A stretch of 64,000 nucleotides of DNA from positions 20,584,001 through 20,648,000 of the forward strand of contig NC_047019.1 of assembly GCF_902652985.1 (NCBI RefSeq), written 5' to 3'. The notes beneath the pieces are model-generated. The model searched no databases, was not told the DNA's origin, and saw nothing but the letters and a program-made list of their open reading frames with translations. The translations under genes and the position numbers were made by a program. This document shows, piece after piece, positions 40,801 to 55,099 of the stretch; positions within the stretch are counted from its first letter, which is position 1, and the number at the start of each line of letters is the position of its first letter. This DNA comes from Pecten maximus (taxonomy: Eukaryota).

Positions 40801-41084
40801 ATATTGTATGACAGTACCTGCAGTACTCTTTTTTGTGGTTTGGAGTTTAACTCAGATCATGTTTTGCCTTGGTACAACATTTTTCTGGATATCCCATGAA
40901 GCATATCATATTTTGTTTGAGTATATATACCTAATACATGTTGGTTTTGACCTTCATGGTTCAATAACAATTATTAGAACTATGAATGTTTAACAAATTA
41001 AAGCCAACACATTATACAGTAGAGACTGCTATTGTTTGTTCTCAGATGACTGATAATCCAGCCAAGAATATGTACAAATGTGTT

Positions 41085-41310
41085 TGTTTACTTTATCACC
41101 CCTGAACAGCTAGAGTTATTTGGTCGATACAGAGTCTCCTTGTAGTAGCTGGTGGCTACCACACTAACAATATACTGAAAGTGTGTTGCCATAGCTATAT
41201 AATCTTGCCCAAGGACACAACCATGACAGTAAATGATAGTCAGTGATATCTCAGAGTTGCTGTGAACCAGAAACAGTAGGGAATGAAGCATATGTACTGT
41301 AGATCTTCAT
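41085..41310 (-). mobile_element. Degenerate SINE copy from the same family as 53785-54072
   Basis: Shares gtctccttgtagtag(c/t)tggtg(g/a)ctacc and gcccaaggacacaaccatgacag with the copy at 53.8-54.0 kb. Confidence 0.65.
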
Positions 41311-41452
41311 CTGTGATAGCAATGTCTGATACTTTTATCAACTAAAATATCATTGCTTCTGTATCAATTTCTTTTGATTTAGAAAATAAAATCATTATTT
41401 GATTTGACATGGTTACCATGTATTTCTTGTAAATATCAGAAAAGAAAATTAA

Positions 41453-41887
41453 AACAAGAGTTCTCAGAAGACAAATTAGCTCGCCGAGTGTGTTAAGATT
41501 CAGAATAAGATGTTTGAAAGTAGGTCAAAGGTTAAGGTCAACAGGTCTACTAATGTATTAGCAATGGAAAGGTCACAAGGAACGCATATCAGAGATGAAT
41601 CCCTATATTGTACAGTTAACATACTGTGACTTAGAAAGCTGTTGTTTTGTTTTTAAGTAGGCCAAAAGTCACAGTCAAAGTCAGCAGGTCTACAAATTTA
41701 GTACCGATGGATAAGTCTTGTCACAAGGAATACATGTCAAATACTCTAAAGTTGTATCCTCATTAGTATTGACACAATACTGTTTTAATAAAAGCTGTAG
41801 TCTAGTGGTGCCACCACCAACACCAACGCCAAAGCGGGGGGCATATAGCAATTAACTCTCCTGGACTTTGTGCTGACAAACTAAAAA
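41453..41887. mobile_element. Non-autonomous interspersed element (aacaagag ... ggtcaaaggttaaggtca ... ctaaaaa)
   Basis: Internally duplicated taggtcaaag...caggtctac...cacaaggaa segments. The terminal motifs resemble those I recall from abundant bivalve non-autonomous repeats; family not assigned. Confidence 0.45.
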
Positions 41888-44800
41888 TTAAATTTTGATT
41901 AAATATCAGAGGTTTCATCATCTTGGAAGACCAAATTGATAATATGGAAGTAATGGTGGGTTGGTCACCTGATCTAAATCAGTTGATGCCTCCAAATGTT
42001 TTACTGGTGCCCTATAGCTATATCAAGGGAATTATACAATTGTTACTGAGGATATAGATCTGTAATAGAGATACGACACTGGCTGCCCTGTGTGACAATT
42101 TCAGGGCCAGACAATGGAGATTTGTCAACAAGTTAACATAAGTCAATCTATTTCAAACTTTACTGATGTGTCCATGCTGTAGTACAGACAGAACAATTAT
42201 TATCTGTAGAGGAGGAGGATCAAGAATCTGTGTCACTGACAGACTTGGATGATAAAGCTTCTCCCTAACACAGACTGTTACGTGAGAGGTATCACTATCA
42301 TCGTCAAGGTCTGCTTGACATATGTCTGGCCAAAGTTTGCGACACCTCAGAAAGGAACACATGGGGACTACATTCATCATACGCCACACATACTCATCAC
42401 GTCTTGGTGAAGATGTTAAAAGATACCCCGGTCTCCTCATTGTTGCTACTAGCTACAATCATTTTGCATCATTACATGAAAACATATGGCTGTTTCTCAG
42501 CCATAATACACGGAATTCCAGTTCATAAACTCATTTCTTCAGTAATCTAGTCTTGCTAACGGCTAAAATGATATCTTCTGATTATATAAACATCTATTTC
42601 AAAACATAATGCTGACATCTATATGTCAATACCATCAGATCATAGAATTTTGGTATTTAATAATATTTGGTTTATTTACTGAAATTCTTTTGCTTATGAG
42701 TAATGAGTAATGAATGTATTATGTAGAAAAATATTATGTTCATCAAGTTAGATCTCAATTGCCCTTAATCAAGATATTATATATCCGAGGAGACAGCTCA
42801 GTGGAATCTGTTCTTTTAAGAATGTATTTAATTGAGACTTGTGTGGAATAAATCCATCCTTTAAAGGAATAAATTCCATTGTATTCAAATTTGAATTTTC
42901 AAATTTATTTATTATTGTAAGCTGTTACGGCCTTTGATATAATCAATATACATTACAAATGTATATACCAAAGTTAAATTAAGACAAGGTCACATGATTA
43001 CATATTCTAAGATATTTAATTATCAAATCCTTGAAGCTTTAACTAATTCAGTTACTCGTTAGGACTCTGTATAGCATAGGCATCCATGGCTGGACAATTC
43101 TGGTTCACTAGACCGATGTTTTGTCTCCAAAATCAGAGTGATTGAACCAAATGATATTACTAGTCATGCAATAACAGTGAAAGTCTAAGACAAACCATAC
43201 CAATATATCGACATATCAAAGCTGATCACAAATTGCACTTCAGCAGAGAAAAGAAGAAAATTAGATATATATTGTAAAAACATCTACATATTTATAACAA
43301 TTAATAACTGTCTTATAATTGTATGACATTGTAAAAATAATCTCTAAATCATAGTAATTTTATGTTTTCTTATTACCAACTGTTACTGAATGCCATATTG
43401 TCAGCCCATCTATCTCAACAAAAGCTCCATTTCCTTGTAAATGTTTCTGATTGTTCCTGACACATTCTCCCTAGATTCAGCATGTTTGTACCTAATAGCC
43501 CAGGAATACTATAATGGTAAAGTGTAATTTCTGTTTCCTGTTACAACACTGGTCTAGACTGGCAAATTGGTGACAATATTGAAGATACCGAATAGATTAA
43601 CATATGACAATGTCAAATAGCTAACTCAGCATGTTCTATATATGTACTGTGAAGGTGAGTACTGGCTGTAGGGGCTGGGGTAGAGTACAGCTAGAAAAGG
43701 CCACAGAACCATACATCTCATGGCTTGTGTAATGGGAATCAGTCACAACAATAATTCAAAAAAAAATCATGTTTGAGATATTTTGGAAAATTCTGATGTT
43801 TTTACTAAGATGCTCTCTACTGATACCTGAAAAGTAAAAGGTTCTGACAAATTCTTAAAATCAATAATACCTTATTGGACCAATAGAATTATTGGAATTG
43901 GTCAGTTAGAAAACAATAAAACTAATCTAATCGACACAGGTGTCATTTTAAAATAGATTTTAGAAGTTATTTGAAATTTTCACAAAGTTAAAAATTTAAT
44001 GTTAGATTGGCTTGTTAGAGTTATCTCCCTTTGCCCTGCTGTTTGATTTCTACTACAGTGACTTGACACACAGACACAAAAGCTTACTATTTAATGTACA
44101 TACTTTCATTCAATTAAACTGTACACAGAAAAATAAAAATCAATCCAATCTCTTTGATCAATTAATGAAAACTCATGAAAGACAATACATTTGCCGACTG
44201 GGTTAAAATCATCAAATCAGAATTTCTCATTACAAAATAAAATTGAAAGAGTTTATTTTCCTGGAATGTAATTTAACTATACAACAGTTTAATATGTCAT
44301 CCTTGTTGTGATGGGTAGATATATTCAGGCAACCTGGGTTTAATGTCAGGGAAGGCATATGTACTGTTAGAATGCCTGAGTCAGCTTAAAATAGTAACTA
44401 TCAGTAAAACCACTCAATTAAAAGAAGACGGAAAATGTCTATATTACCCTTAGCTACAGTTTCACCTAAAATGATCTAACAACTATTTAGATAATGTTAC
44501 TTGAAGTGAAAACAGATCTGACTTCAGGGAAAAAATAATTGAAAAATAAAATGAAAGTTAATCTTTTATTTCAGCAGGAGGTATATGGGTAGTAAATAGA
44601 GCCCTTCAGTGGTAAAGTTGGTGCCAGCAATCGTCTGTCTGTCGACTAACATTTTATTGAAACCTCTCCTAATGAGTACAATTCTACTGGTACCAATAGC
44701 CTCAGTCAAGATTTGTAGAGATGAGACGTGACAACTCGGCCTCCACATCGTTTAGTATCACATCACTTCCGTTATCAGTGCTACTGTTAGGGTGTCAAAT

Positions 44801-45049
44801 AAACAAATAAAAAAACATTGAACACCTTGTTCAATGGTGGTACTCATTGATTCTGCTGTCATTGACCCACAAACAAGGCAGGATAAAAAAACCTGGTGAT
44901 TCCCCCCTCTGATCCTCCCCCCAGGAGGACTATCAACTATCTTACCATGTTAGGGATGGTGTCACAATTAAATCATCAATGGCAATCAGACAAAAAACTA
45001 TTTATCAATCAACACTAGGTTGTGTGCTATGACAAGTTTTGTCAGTCTT

Positions 45050-46481
45050 CCATCAAGTGTGAATGAGTAGGGTTCTGTCAGTGGGCCATCAAGTGTGAAT
45101 GGGTATGGTTCTGTTAGTGGGCCATCAAGTGTGAATGGGTAGGGTTCTGTTAGTGGCCCATCAAGTGTGAATGGGTAGGGTTCTGTTAGTGGGCCATCAA
45201 ATGTGAATGGGTAGGGTTCTGTTAGTGGTTCATCAAGTGTGACTGGGTAGGGTTCTGTTAGTGGGCCATCAAGTGTGAATGGGTATGGTTCTGTTAGTGG
45301 GCCATCAAGTGTGAATGGGGAGGGTTCTGTTAGTGGCCCATCAAGTGTGAATGGGTAGGGTTCTGTTAGTGGGCCATCAAATGTGAATGGGTAGGGTTCT
45401 GTTAGTGGGTCATCAAGTGTGAATGGGTAGGGTTCTGTTAGTGGTTCATCAAGTGTGAATGGGTAGGGTTCTGTTAGTGGGCCATCAAGTGTGGATGGGT
45501 AGGGTTCTGTTAGTGGGCCATCAAGTGTGGATGGGTAGGGTTCTGTTAGTGGGCCATCAAGTGTGAATGGGTAGGGTTCTGTTAGTGGCCCATCAAGTGT
45601 GGATGGGTAGGGTTCTGTTAGTGGGCCATCAAGTGTGGATGGGTAGGGTTCTGTTAGTGGGTCATTAAGTGTGGATGGGTAGGGTTCTGTTAGTGGGCCA
45701 TCAAGTGTGAATGGGTAGGGTTCTGTTAGTGGGCCATCAAGTGTGAATGGGTAGGGTTCTGTTAGTGGGCCATCAAGTGTGGATGGGTAGGGTGCTGTTA
45801 GTGGGCCATCAAGTGTGAATGGGTAGGGTTCTGTTAGTGGGCCATCAAGTATGGATGGGTAGGGTTCTGTTAGTGGCCCATCAAGTGTGAATGGGTAGGG
45901 TTCTGTTAGTGGCGCATCAAGTGTGGATGGGTAGGGTTCTGTTAGTGGGCCATCAAGTGTGAATGGGTAGGGTTCTGTTAGTGGGCCATCAAGTGCGAAT
46001 GGGTAGGGCTCTGTTAGTGGCCCATCAAGTGTGAATGGGTAGGGTTCTGTTAGTGGGTCATCAAGTGTGAATGGGTAGGGTTCTGTTAGTGGGCCATCAA
46101 GTGTGAATGGGTAGGGTTCTGTTAGTGGGTCATCAAGTGTGGATGGGTAGGGTTCTGTTAGTGGCCCATCAAGTGTGAATGGGTAGGGTTCTGTTAGTGG
46201 GCCATCAAGTGTGAATGGGTAGGGTTCTGTTAGTGGCCCATCAAGTGTGAATGGGTAGGGTTCTGTTAGTGGCGCATCAAGTGTGGATGGGTAGGGTTCT
46301 GTTAGTGGGCCATCAAGTGTGAATGGGTAGGGTTCTGTTAGTGGGCCATCAAGTGTGAATGGGTAGGGTTCTGTTAGTGGGCCATCAAGTGTGAATGGGT
46401 AGGGTTCTGTTAGTGGGTCATCAAGTGTGGATGGGTAGGGTTCTGTTAGTGGCCCATCAAGTGTGAATGGGTAGGGTTCTG
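45050..46481. repeat. 36-bp G-rich minisatellite (catcaagtgtgaatgggtagggttctgttagtgggc), about 40 copies
   Basis: Direct tandem units. Confidence 0.97.
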
Positions 46482-46749
46482 GGTTATATTGATTTCCAGT
46501 GGTCTATCTCTAGACAGACAAATGTGTAGTCTAGTATCTACACAAATGTCAAACCTCTGTAATAGACAACATACAAGACAGATTATTGCTTATATAAATG
46601 TAGATTATGAGTTGTAATATAAGGAAATAACAGGCAGAACACTGACAGACCATCAAGGACATGGCTGTATGCCTGAGATTAATGTGTACACTACACTCTG
46701 ACCTATAGATGTAACAATATCATAAAGTAAGAGTATGACCTATAGTTTT

Positions 46750-47815
46750 GGTATAGTGTGAGACTTAATTGTGATAAAGTAGGACATCACCTAGTTTGAA
46801 CAGTACTAGAGCTATTTTTGGAATAGTGTGAGACATAATTGTGATAAAGTAGGACATGATCTAGTTTGAACAGTACTCGAGCTATTTTTGGAATAGTGTG
46901 AGACTTAATTGTGATAAAGTAGGACATGACCTAGTTTGAACAGTATATTAGCTATTTTTGCAAGAGTTTGTGACTTAATCATGAAAAAGTAAGACATTAT
47001 CTTTTTTGCAATAGTGTGTGATCATGATCTAATTGTGATAAAGTAAGGACATATGACCTAGTTTGAACAGTGTGTAACCTTATTGTGATTAAGTAGGAAA
47101 TCACCTAGTTTGAACAGTGTGTGAACTAATTGTGACAAAGTAAGTAAGGACATCACCTAGTTTGAACAGTATGTGTTAGCTTTCTGTGATAAAGTAGGAT
47201 ATGACCTAGTTTGAACAGTGTGTGACCTAATTGTGATAAAGTAAGGACATGACCTAGTTTGAACAGTATGTTAGCTTTCTGTGACAAAAGTAGGACATGA
47301 CCTAGTTTGAACAGTGTGTGACCTAATTGTGATTAAGTAAGGACATGACCTAGTTTGAACAGTGTGTGTTAGCTTTCTGTGATAAAGTAGGATATGACCT
47401 AGTTTGAACAGTGTATGACCTAATTGTGATAAAGTAAGGACAAGACCTAGTTTGAACAGTGTGTGCCCTAATTGTGATAAAGTAAGGACATGACCTAGTT
47501 TGAACAGTGTGTGACCTAATTGTGATAAAGTAAGGACATGACCTAGTTTGAACAGTGTGTGTTAGCTAGCTTACTGTGATAAAGTATATACGTAGGATAT
47601 GACCTAGTTTGAACAGTGTGTGAACTAATTGTGATAAAGTGAGGACATGACCTAGTTTGACCAGTGTGTGACCTAATTGTGATAAAGTGAGGACATGACC
47701 TAGTTTGAACAGTGTGTGACCTAATTGTGATAAAGTAAGGACATGACCTTGTTTGAACAGTGTGTGTTAGCTTACTGTGATAAAGTATGACATTATCTAG
47801 TTTGAACAGTGTGTG
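46750..47815. repeat. Minisatellite with 47-62 bp variant units (gacctagtttgaacagtgtgtgacctaattgtgataaagtaaggacat)
   Basis: Tandem units with alternating variants. Confidence 0.92.
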
Positions 47816-50356
47816 TCCTACATGGTTGTGATAGAATTAATCAATCTTTTATAATAATAGATATGATAATAAAGTTAATGACATCCACTGATAAAACCTT
47901 AGGAAAGCTGACCTAATTGTTTGGGTAAGATTTTTAATTTCCTCAACAGGCCGCTCACCTACGGCCTCCCCTTCCGGCCTCCCCTTCCGACCTCCCCTTC
48001 CGGCCACTCATTGGCCTGTACACACAAGTTTATGGTGATGAGAGGTTCTGTTAAATATTCACTTTGTTACCTGTCACTCCTGCCACTTAGATGTCATTAA
48101 ACTAATACCCAAAATGTTTATTTAGAGCTAAAAAAGATGAACATAAATCATAAATTTGTTTTGCCTCGTAATTAGGTATTTGAACTGTCAGGTCCATATT
48201 TAGACACACTGCAGTCCTCTTTCCCAACAGAGCAACACCACATCTGTCTTCTCCCACAACATCTGATGGTTTTAAAATCCTCATTTACCATTGGTTCATT
48301 TCAATATTCAACTGATCCAAAATTACGTCACATGACTTTCCGAAGTCCATTTACATTTTATACCTCTATCATACATAAACAACATGAAATATTTCATCTT
48401 AAAACAAAATACGCCTTCCTAAGACTAGTACCATTCCACCATTTCACCGAGACGGGGAAGCTGCGAGACATGAGTTTCCAGATTTATCTCTATCATAACA
48501 AGTGTTCCTGAGTAAGAATAATGATCACTGTGTTTTAATTACCTGTGTTATGGTAATGTAATTATGTCTCATGGCTACCTGACTCACTCCCACATTCTGG
48601 CTCAAGGTCACCCTTCACAAGGTCAAGAGTAGAGGTAATCCATTCTGGATTCAAGCAGATTTTGCATCATTTTTTTTAAATTTCTCCAAAGCTGATAATT
48701 AATGAGAGATCATTAAATTGGTTTCATTTCTCTTTTTTTTTTTCCTGTCACAGAAACATAGAATTCATAAAGAAATGGAAAAGAAAGATTGTAGATTAAG
48801 TGAATTCAGTACATTAATAAAATATATATTTCTTCCTTCAAACATGACTAATCTGTGTGACCTTGATAACTATATTTTATATGCAGTCCATTAAACAGAA
48901 AGTCAAAAAATGTGCTGTTTTATTTTTTTCATGTTTTTCATTTTTTTTTTTTGCAGACCTGGAAAAATTGATATATACACTTATTTAAATATATCTTCTT
49001 TTTTATAACTTTATATTGTTGACAGCAGGAACCTATATTTAGAGTAGACATATTATTTATCACAGTAAAAAACATCAGGATAGGATCAAATTGAAATTGA
49101 TAAGAAAGTTTTCTGGAAATGTTTTTTATGCATGTCTTCATGTATGCTATCAGACCAAAGCTGTCTGTGACTGGGGTTAGTGGGTACGGCCATTAACATA
49201 TCGCCTCCCTCTGTCCGACTACGTCAGTAATGTCTCCACAACATGGAAGCCTGGTCACTACCAGCAAATTTGAAAGCTTTTTCTAAATTGTGAAAAAAAA
49301 TCCAAATCCACAGCACCAACTGATGAACAGCAAAACGCTATTTCCCAACAGGTTTGGACAATCTGATATTCCATTAAAGAACATATCATCCTAATTTCCT
49401 GTCAGCCATTAACTACACGCTATATGACCATCATCTATTTCGACCTTCACCAGCTGGTCAAGGGAAGTTGCCATCCATATTCAAGGTCATTCTCTCCCGA
49501 AATAAAACAGTAACAATTTGATTCTTAATAATTTGATTTTTACACGTTATTATGGACACACCATCTTCTGCAATATCATAATATCAATTTAATTTCAAAG
49601 GAGTTTATGATTTCACATCAATTTTTTTTCATATTACAAAATTCATTATAAAACAATTTTAATATTGTCTGGTTTTAATTGCAATTGTCATGTTAAGTGC
49701 TTGGGTACCTACAGTCACAAGTCTCTCAGCAGTAAATTGATTCCCTCAGCAGTAACAGAACATGTACAACCACACCAGACTGAGATTATTTTGCAGATCT
49801 TACTTTGTTTTTTTTTCTACACTTTTTCCAATTCATTTGCTGTGATGTGAGGCGTGACATCCCAGTGGAGTTCTGACTGTAGCCGGAGAGGTTGATGAAA
49901 ATGAAACAAAGCCATTTTGACGAGGGTATGGTGGATATCACTGCCCTGTATGTGTACACAGTCTAGCAATTACCACAATCAACCTGTACGGACGATTACC
50001 AGTTATACAAGAGTTGTCATCAAAGCAACAGTACATGATTATATTGAAAAGTCATGTTTTACCATAATCGTGACCCACAATGTAATCCATTACACCCGGC
50101 AAATCACATAACTGATCTTTAACTGGGCAACCAACAAAACTCCTCATCAGAACAACTTCAATTGTCACAGTACAGCAACTCACCTCCACTAGACCATCAC
50201 AGCCTGTCAGTGGGCTTGTTGACAGGAAGTGGATGACTGGAGATCTATAAACTTGTGTTTGACCCTGATTTATCTGTCACCAAGTTTGACCTATTTGTAC
50301 CAGTGTTTCCTCAGATCAATAAACAATTTGGTACTAAGGCATGGATCAGCTTCTCT

Positions 50357-53300
50357 ATTGCCATCATTATATCGGTGTCCCTATCTACTGTTGTACATTG
50401 GTTAGTCATTGCCATCATTATATCGGTGTCCCTGTTGTACATTGGTTAGTCATTGCCATCATTATATCCGTGTCGCTGTTGTACATTGGTTAGTCATTGC
50501 CATCATAATATCAGTGTCCCTATCTACTGTTGTACATTGGTTAGTCATTGCCATCATAATATCAGTGTCCCTATCTACTGTTGTACATTGGTTAGTCATT
50601 GCCATCATTATATCGGTGTCCCTATCTACTGTTGTACATTGGTTAGTCATTGCCATCATTATATCGGTGTCCCTATCTACTGTTGTACATTGGTTAGTCA
50701 TTGCCATCATTATATCGGTGTCCCTGTTGTACATCGGTTAGTCATTGTCATCATTATATCGGTGTCCCTGTTGTACGTTGGTTAGTCATTGCCATCATTA
50801 TATCGGTGTCCCTATCTACTGTTGTACATTGGTTAGTCATTGCCATCATTATATCGGTGTCCCTATCTACTGTTGTACATTGGTTAGTCATTGCCATCAT
50901 TATATCTGTGTCCCTATCTACTGTTGTACATTGGTTAGTCATTGCCATCATTATATCGGTGTCTCTATCTACTGTTGTACATTGGTTAGTCATTGCCATC
51001 ATTATATCTGTGTCCCTATCTACTGTTGTACATTGGTTAGTCATTGCCATCATTATATCGGTGTCCCTATATCTACTGTTGTACATTGGTTAGTCATTGC
51101 CATCATTATATCGGTGTCCCTGTTGTACATTGGTTAGTCATTGCCATAATTATATCGGTGTCCCTATCTACTGTTGTACATTGGTTAGTCATTGCCATCA
51201 TTATATCGGTGTCCCTATCTACTGTTGTACATTGGTTAGTCATTGCCATCTTTATATCAGTGTCCCTATCTACTGCTGTACATTGGTTAGTCATTGCCAT
51301 CATTATATCGGTGTCCCTGTTGTACATTGGTTAGTCATTGCCATCATTATATCAGTGTCCCTATCTACTGTTGTACATTGGTTAGTCATTGCCATCATTA
51401 TATCTGTGTCCCTATCTACTGTTGTACATTGGTTAGTCATTGCCATCATTATATCAGTGTCCCTATCTACTGTTGTACATTGGTTAGTCATTGCCATCAT
51501 TATATCTGTGTCCCTATCTACTGTTGTACATTGGTTAGTCATTGCCATCATTATATCGGTGTCCCTATCTACTGTTGTACATTGGTTAGTCATTGCCATC
51601 ATTATATCGGTGTCCCTATCTACTGTTGTACATTGGTTAGTCATTGCCATCATTATATCGGTGTCCCTATCTACTGTTGTACATTGGTTAGTCATTGCCA
51701 TCATTATATCGGTGTCCCTATCTACTGTTGTACATTGGTTAGTCATTGCCATCATTATATCTGTGTCCCTATCTACTGTTGTACATTGGTTAGTCATTGC
51801 CATCATTATATCTGTGTCCCTATCTACTGTTGTACATTGGTTAGTCATTGCCATCATTATATCGGTGTCCCTATCTACTGTTGTACATTGGTTAGTCATT
51901 GCCATCATTATATCTGTGTCCCTATCTACTGTTGTACATTGGTTAGTCATTGCCATCATTATATCGGTGTCCCTGTTGTACATTGGTTAGTCATTGCCAT
52001 CATTATATCTGTGTCCCTGCTGTACATTGGTTAGTCATTGCCATCATTATATCTGTGTCCCTATCTACTGTTGTACATTGGTTAGTCATTGCCATCATTA
52101 TATCGGTGTCCCTATCTACTGTTGTACATTGGTTAGTCATTGCCATCATTATATCGGTGTCCCTGTTGTACATTGGTTAGTCATTGCCATCATTATATCG
52201 GTGTCCCTATCTACTGTTGTACATTGGTTAGTCATTGCCATCATTATATCGGTGTCCCTATCTACTGTTGTACATTGGTTAGTCATTGCCATCATTATAT
52301 CGGTGTCCCTATCTACTGTTGTACATTGGTTAGTCATTGCCATCATTATATCGGTGTCCCTATCTACTGTTGTACATTGGTTAGTCATTGCCATCATTAT
52401 ATCGGTGTCCCTATCTACTGTTGTACATTGGTTAGTCATTGCCATCATTATATCGGTGTCCCTATCTACTGTTGTACATTGGTTAGTCATTGCCATCATT
52501 ATATCGGTGTCCCTATCTACTGTTGTACATTGGTTAGTCATTGCCATCATTATATCGGTGTCCCTATCTACTGTTGTACATTGGTTAGTCATTGCCATCA
52601 TTATATCGGTGTCCTCTACTGTTGTACATTGGTTAGTCATTGCCATCATTATATCGGTGTCCCTGTTGTACATTGGTTAGTCATTGCCATCATTATATCG
52701 GTGTCCCTATCTACTGTTGTACATTGGTTAGTCATTGCCATCATTATATCGGTGTCCCTATCTACTGTTGTACATTGGTTAGTCATTGCCATCATTATAT
52801 CGGTGTCCCTATCTACTGTTGTACATTGGTTAGTCATTGCCATCATTATATCGGTGTCCCTGTTGTACATTGGTTAGTCATTGCCATCATTATATCGGTG
52901 TCCCTGTTGTACATTGGTTAGTCATTGCCATCATTATATCGGTGTCCCTATCTACTGTTGTACATTGGTTAGTCATTGCCATCATTATATCGGTGTCCCT
53001 ATCTACTGTTGTACATTGGTTAGTCATTGCCATCATTATATCGGTGTCCCTATCTACTGTTGTACATTGGTTAGTCATTGCCATCATTATATCGGTGTCC
53101 CTATCTACTGTTGTACATTGGTTAGTCATTGCCATCATTATATCTGTGTCCCTATCTACTGTTGTACATTGGTTAGTCATTGCCATCATTATATCGGTGT
53201 CCCTGTTGTACATTGGTTAGTCATTGCCATCATTATATCGGTGTCCCTGTTGTACATTGGTTAGTCATTGCCATCATTATATCGGTGTCCCTATCTACTG

Positions 53301-53738
53301 TTGTACATTGGTTAGTCATTGCCATCATTATATCGGTGTCCCTATCTACTGCTGTACATTGGTTAGTCATTGCCATCATTATATCGGTGTCCCTATCTAC
53401 TGTTGTACATTGGTTAGTCATTGCCATCATTATATCTGTGTCCCTATCTACTGTTGTACATTGGTTAGTCATTGCCATCATTATATCTGTGTCCCTATCT
53501 ACTGTTGTACATTGGTTAGTCATTGCCATCATTATATCTGTGTCCCTGTTGTACATTGGTTAGTCATTGCCATCATTATATTGGTGTCCCTATCTACTGT
53601 TGTACATTGGTTAGTCATTGCCATCATTATATCTGTGTCCCTATCTACTGTTGTACATTGGTTAGTCATTGCCATCATTATATCAGTGTCCCTATCTACT
53701 GTTGTACATTGGTTAGTCATTGCCATCATTATATCGGT
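50357..53738. repeat. 3.4-kb minisatellite of 51-bp units interspersed with 44-bp units lacking 7 bp
   Basis: Unit attgccatcattatatcggtgtccct[atctact]gttgtacattggttagtc. Explains all ORFs from 50255 to 53750. Confidence 0.98.
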
Positions 53739-53784
53739 CTAAATTTATGATGGTAAAGACCAAAGGTCTGAGTAAAGTCTGTTT

Positions 53785-54072
53785 TCTTTGTTGGATTTAT
53801 TGCCCCATAAACAGCCGGGTCAATTTGATGCGGTGTCTCCTTGTAGTAGTTGGTGACTACCTCACTGAACAACATACATTAGACTTGTCACGCATCATCT
53901 AGAACAATTAGGGTAAAATAACATGCCCAAGGACACAACCATGACAGCACAGAATGGCCCAATGTTTCTCAGCTTTCTGAGCAACAAGGGTCGGCAGCAT
54001 TGAACTGAACACCTCAGATCTTCACCTGAGGTTACATAGCTGGTGCTCTAACCAACTTAGTAATCGTGGCCC
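53785..54072 (-). mobile_element. tRNA-derived SINE
   Basis: On the minus strand the head reads gggccacgattactaagttggttagagcaccagc (A-box-like) and cagttcaatgc (B-box-like), followed by a gtgtccttgggca core motif. A second diverged copy lies at 41.1-41.3 kb. Confidence 0.7.
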
Positions 54073-54504
54073 TAAGTACATGGACAGAAAATGATGTGAA
54101 AATGCATAATGTTTTAGCATGGAGACCAAGAAAGTAGTTACAGACAAGTTAAAAATTTGGACAGGCAAGACTACATCAATTAGTAATTTGTTAAGTCAGT
54201 TATTGGGCATGAGCACCAAGACAGAAAGAGTGTACATCAGGTTTAATCCTTGAAACCTCCATCATTCTCTACATAGAAAACCAAAAGGTATCAATGAAAC
54301 CATCCCTGACTGTGGTAATAAAGTATTTCTCTGACATCCCCTCAACAGAAAATTACAAAATATCAAAGAAAACACCCCTGACTCTGGTAATGAAATATTC
54401 ATATGAAAAAAAGTTTTATAAAGATTGGTTTGTGGAGGTAAAGAGCACTGTGTGAGACAATCATCTGTCCAACATCCAACGGTACTAAATATTTACACTA
54501 CGGG

Positions 54505-54585
54505 AGGGGGATACTGACGACGGACAACGGATGCTGCACCATGGCATAAGCTCACTGGACCTTCAGGCCAGGTGAGCTTATAAAA
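54505..54585. mobile_element. End fragment of a non-autonomous repeat with a terminal hairpin
   Basis: gacgacggacaacgg followed by the stem-loop taagctcac-tgg...cca-ggtgagctta and an A-rich end. Helentron/HINE-like by inference. Confidence 0.45.
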
Positions 54586-55099
54586 TTGGCCATTTGTTAT
54601 GATTATATAAACTACAGGCTTTTAAATATGGATTTCCAAGCCTGAAACACAAATTGATACATAAGAAAACATTTGGTCCTAGGTGGGGTTTCTAGGCCGG
54701 AGACCATCTGGAAGGAGAAATGGTTTTTTTTTTTCTGGGGAATGATTTGGGCAGAGACACTTACTACAACAAATTTGGTAGTTGATAAATAGGATTTAAG
54801 GTCGTCTGTACAGACCAGGACAAATGTAACGTAGGTGACAACTATAAAGGTTTATAAAAGATTCAAACATTTCTGTGAGTACAGAGCTATAAGTGGAAGC
54901 TATTTGTATAAACCACTCTGTGATGCTTACACAGAAACCAACAGTGCACTGATTGGACAATTGACAAACTGAATTAGTCCTTTATCAATACTGTAATGTT
55001 CCGCCTTTAGTTAACTGTATATTATTGATTGGGACAAGTGTTAGTGGGGATGATAAGTGGACCGCCAATTCTTCACACCTTTTCTAACTATGACCAACC

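Noticed and set aside
39958-40899. 313-aa PDMLYIT-repeat ORF and its antisense ORF
   Set aside because: A 21-bp stop-free minisatellite that is open on both strands, with no splice or homology support.
50255-53750. Many Cys/His-rich and hydrophobic ORFs with a superficially CRISPR-like periodicity
   Set aside because: Pure tandem repeat without unique spacers, in a eukaryotic intron.
53990-54072. tRNA-like A/B boxes
   Set aside because: No intact cloverleaf, and the segment continues into a SINE body with a second copy in the window, so it is not a tRNA gene.
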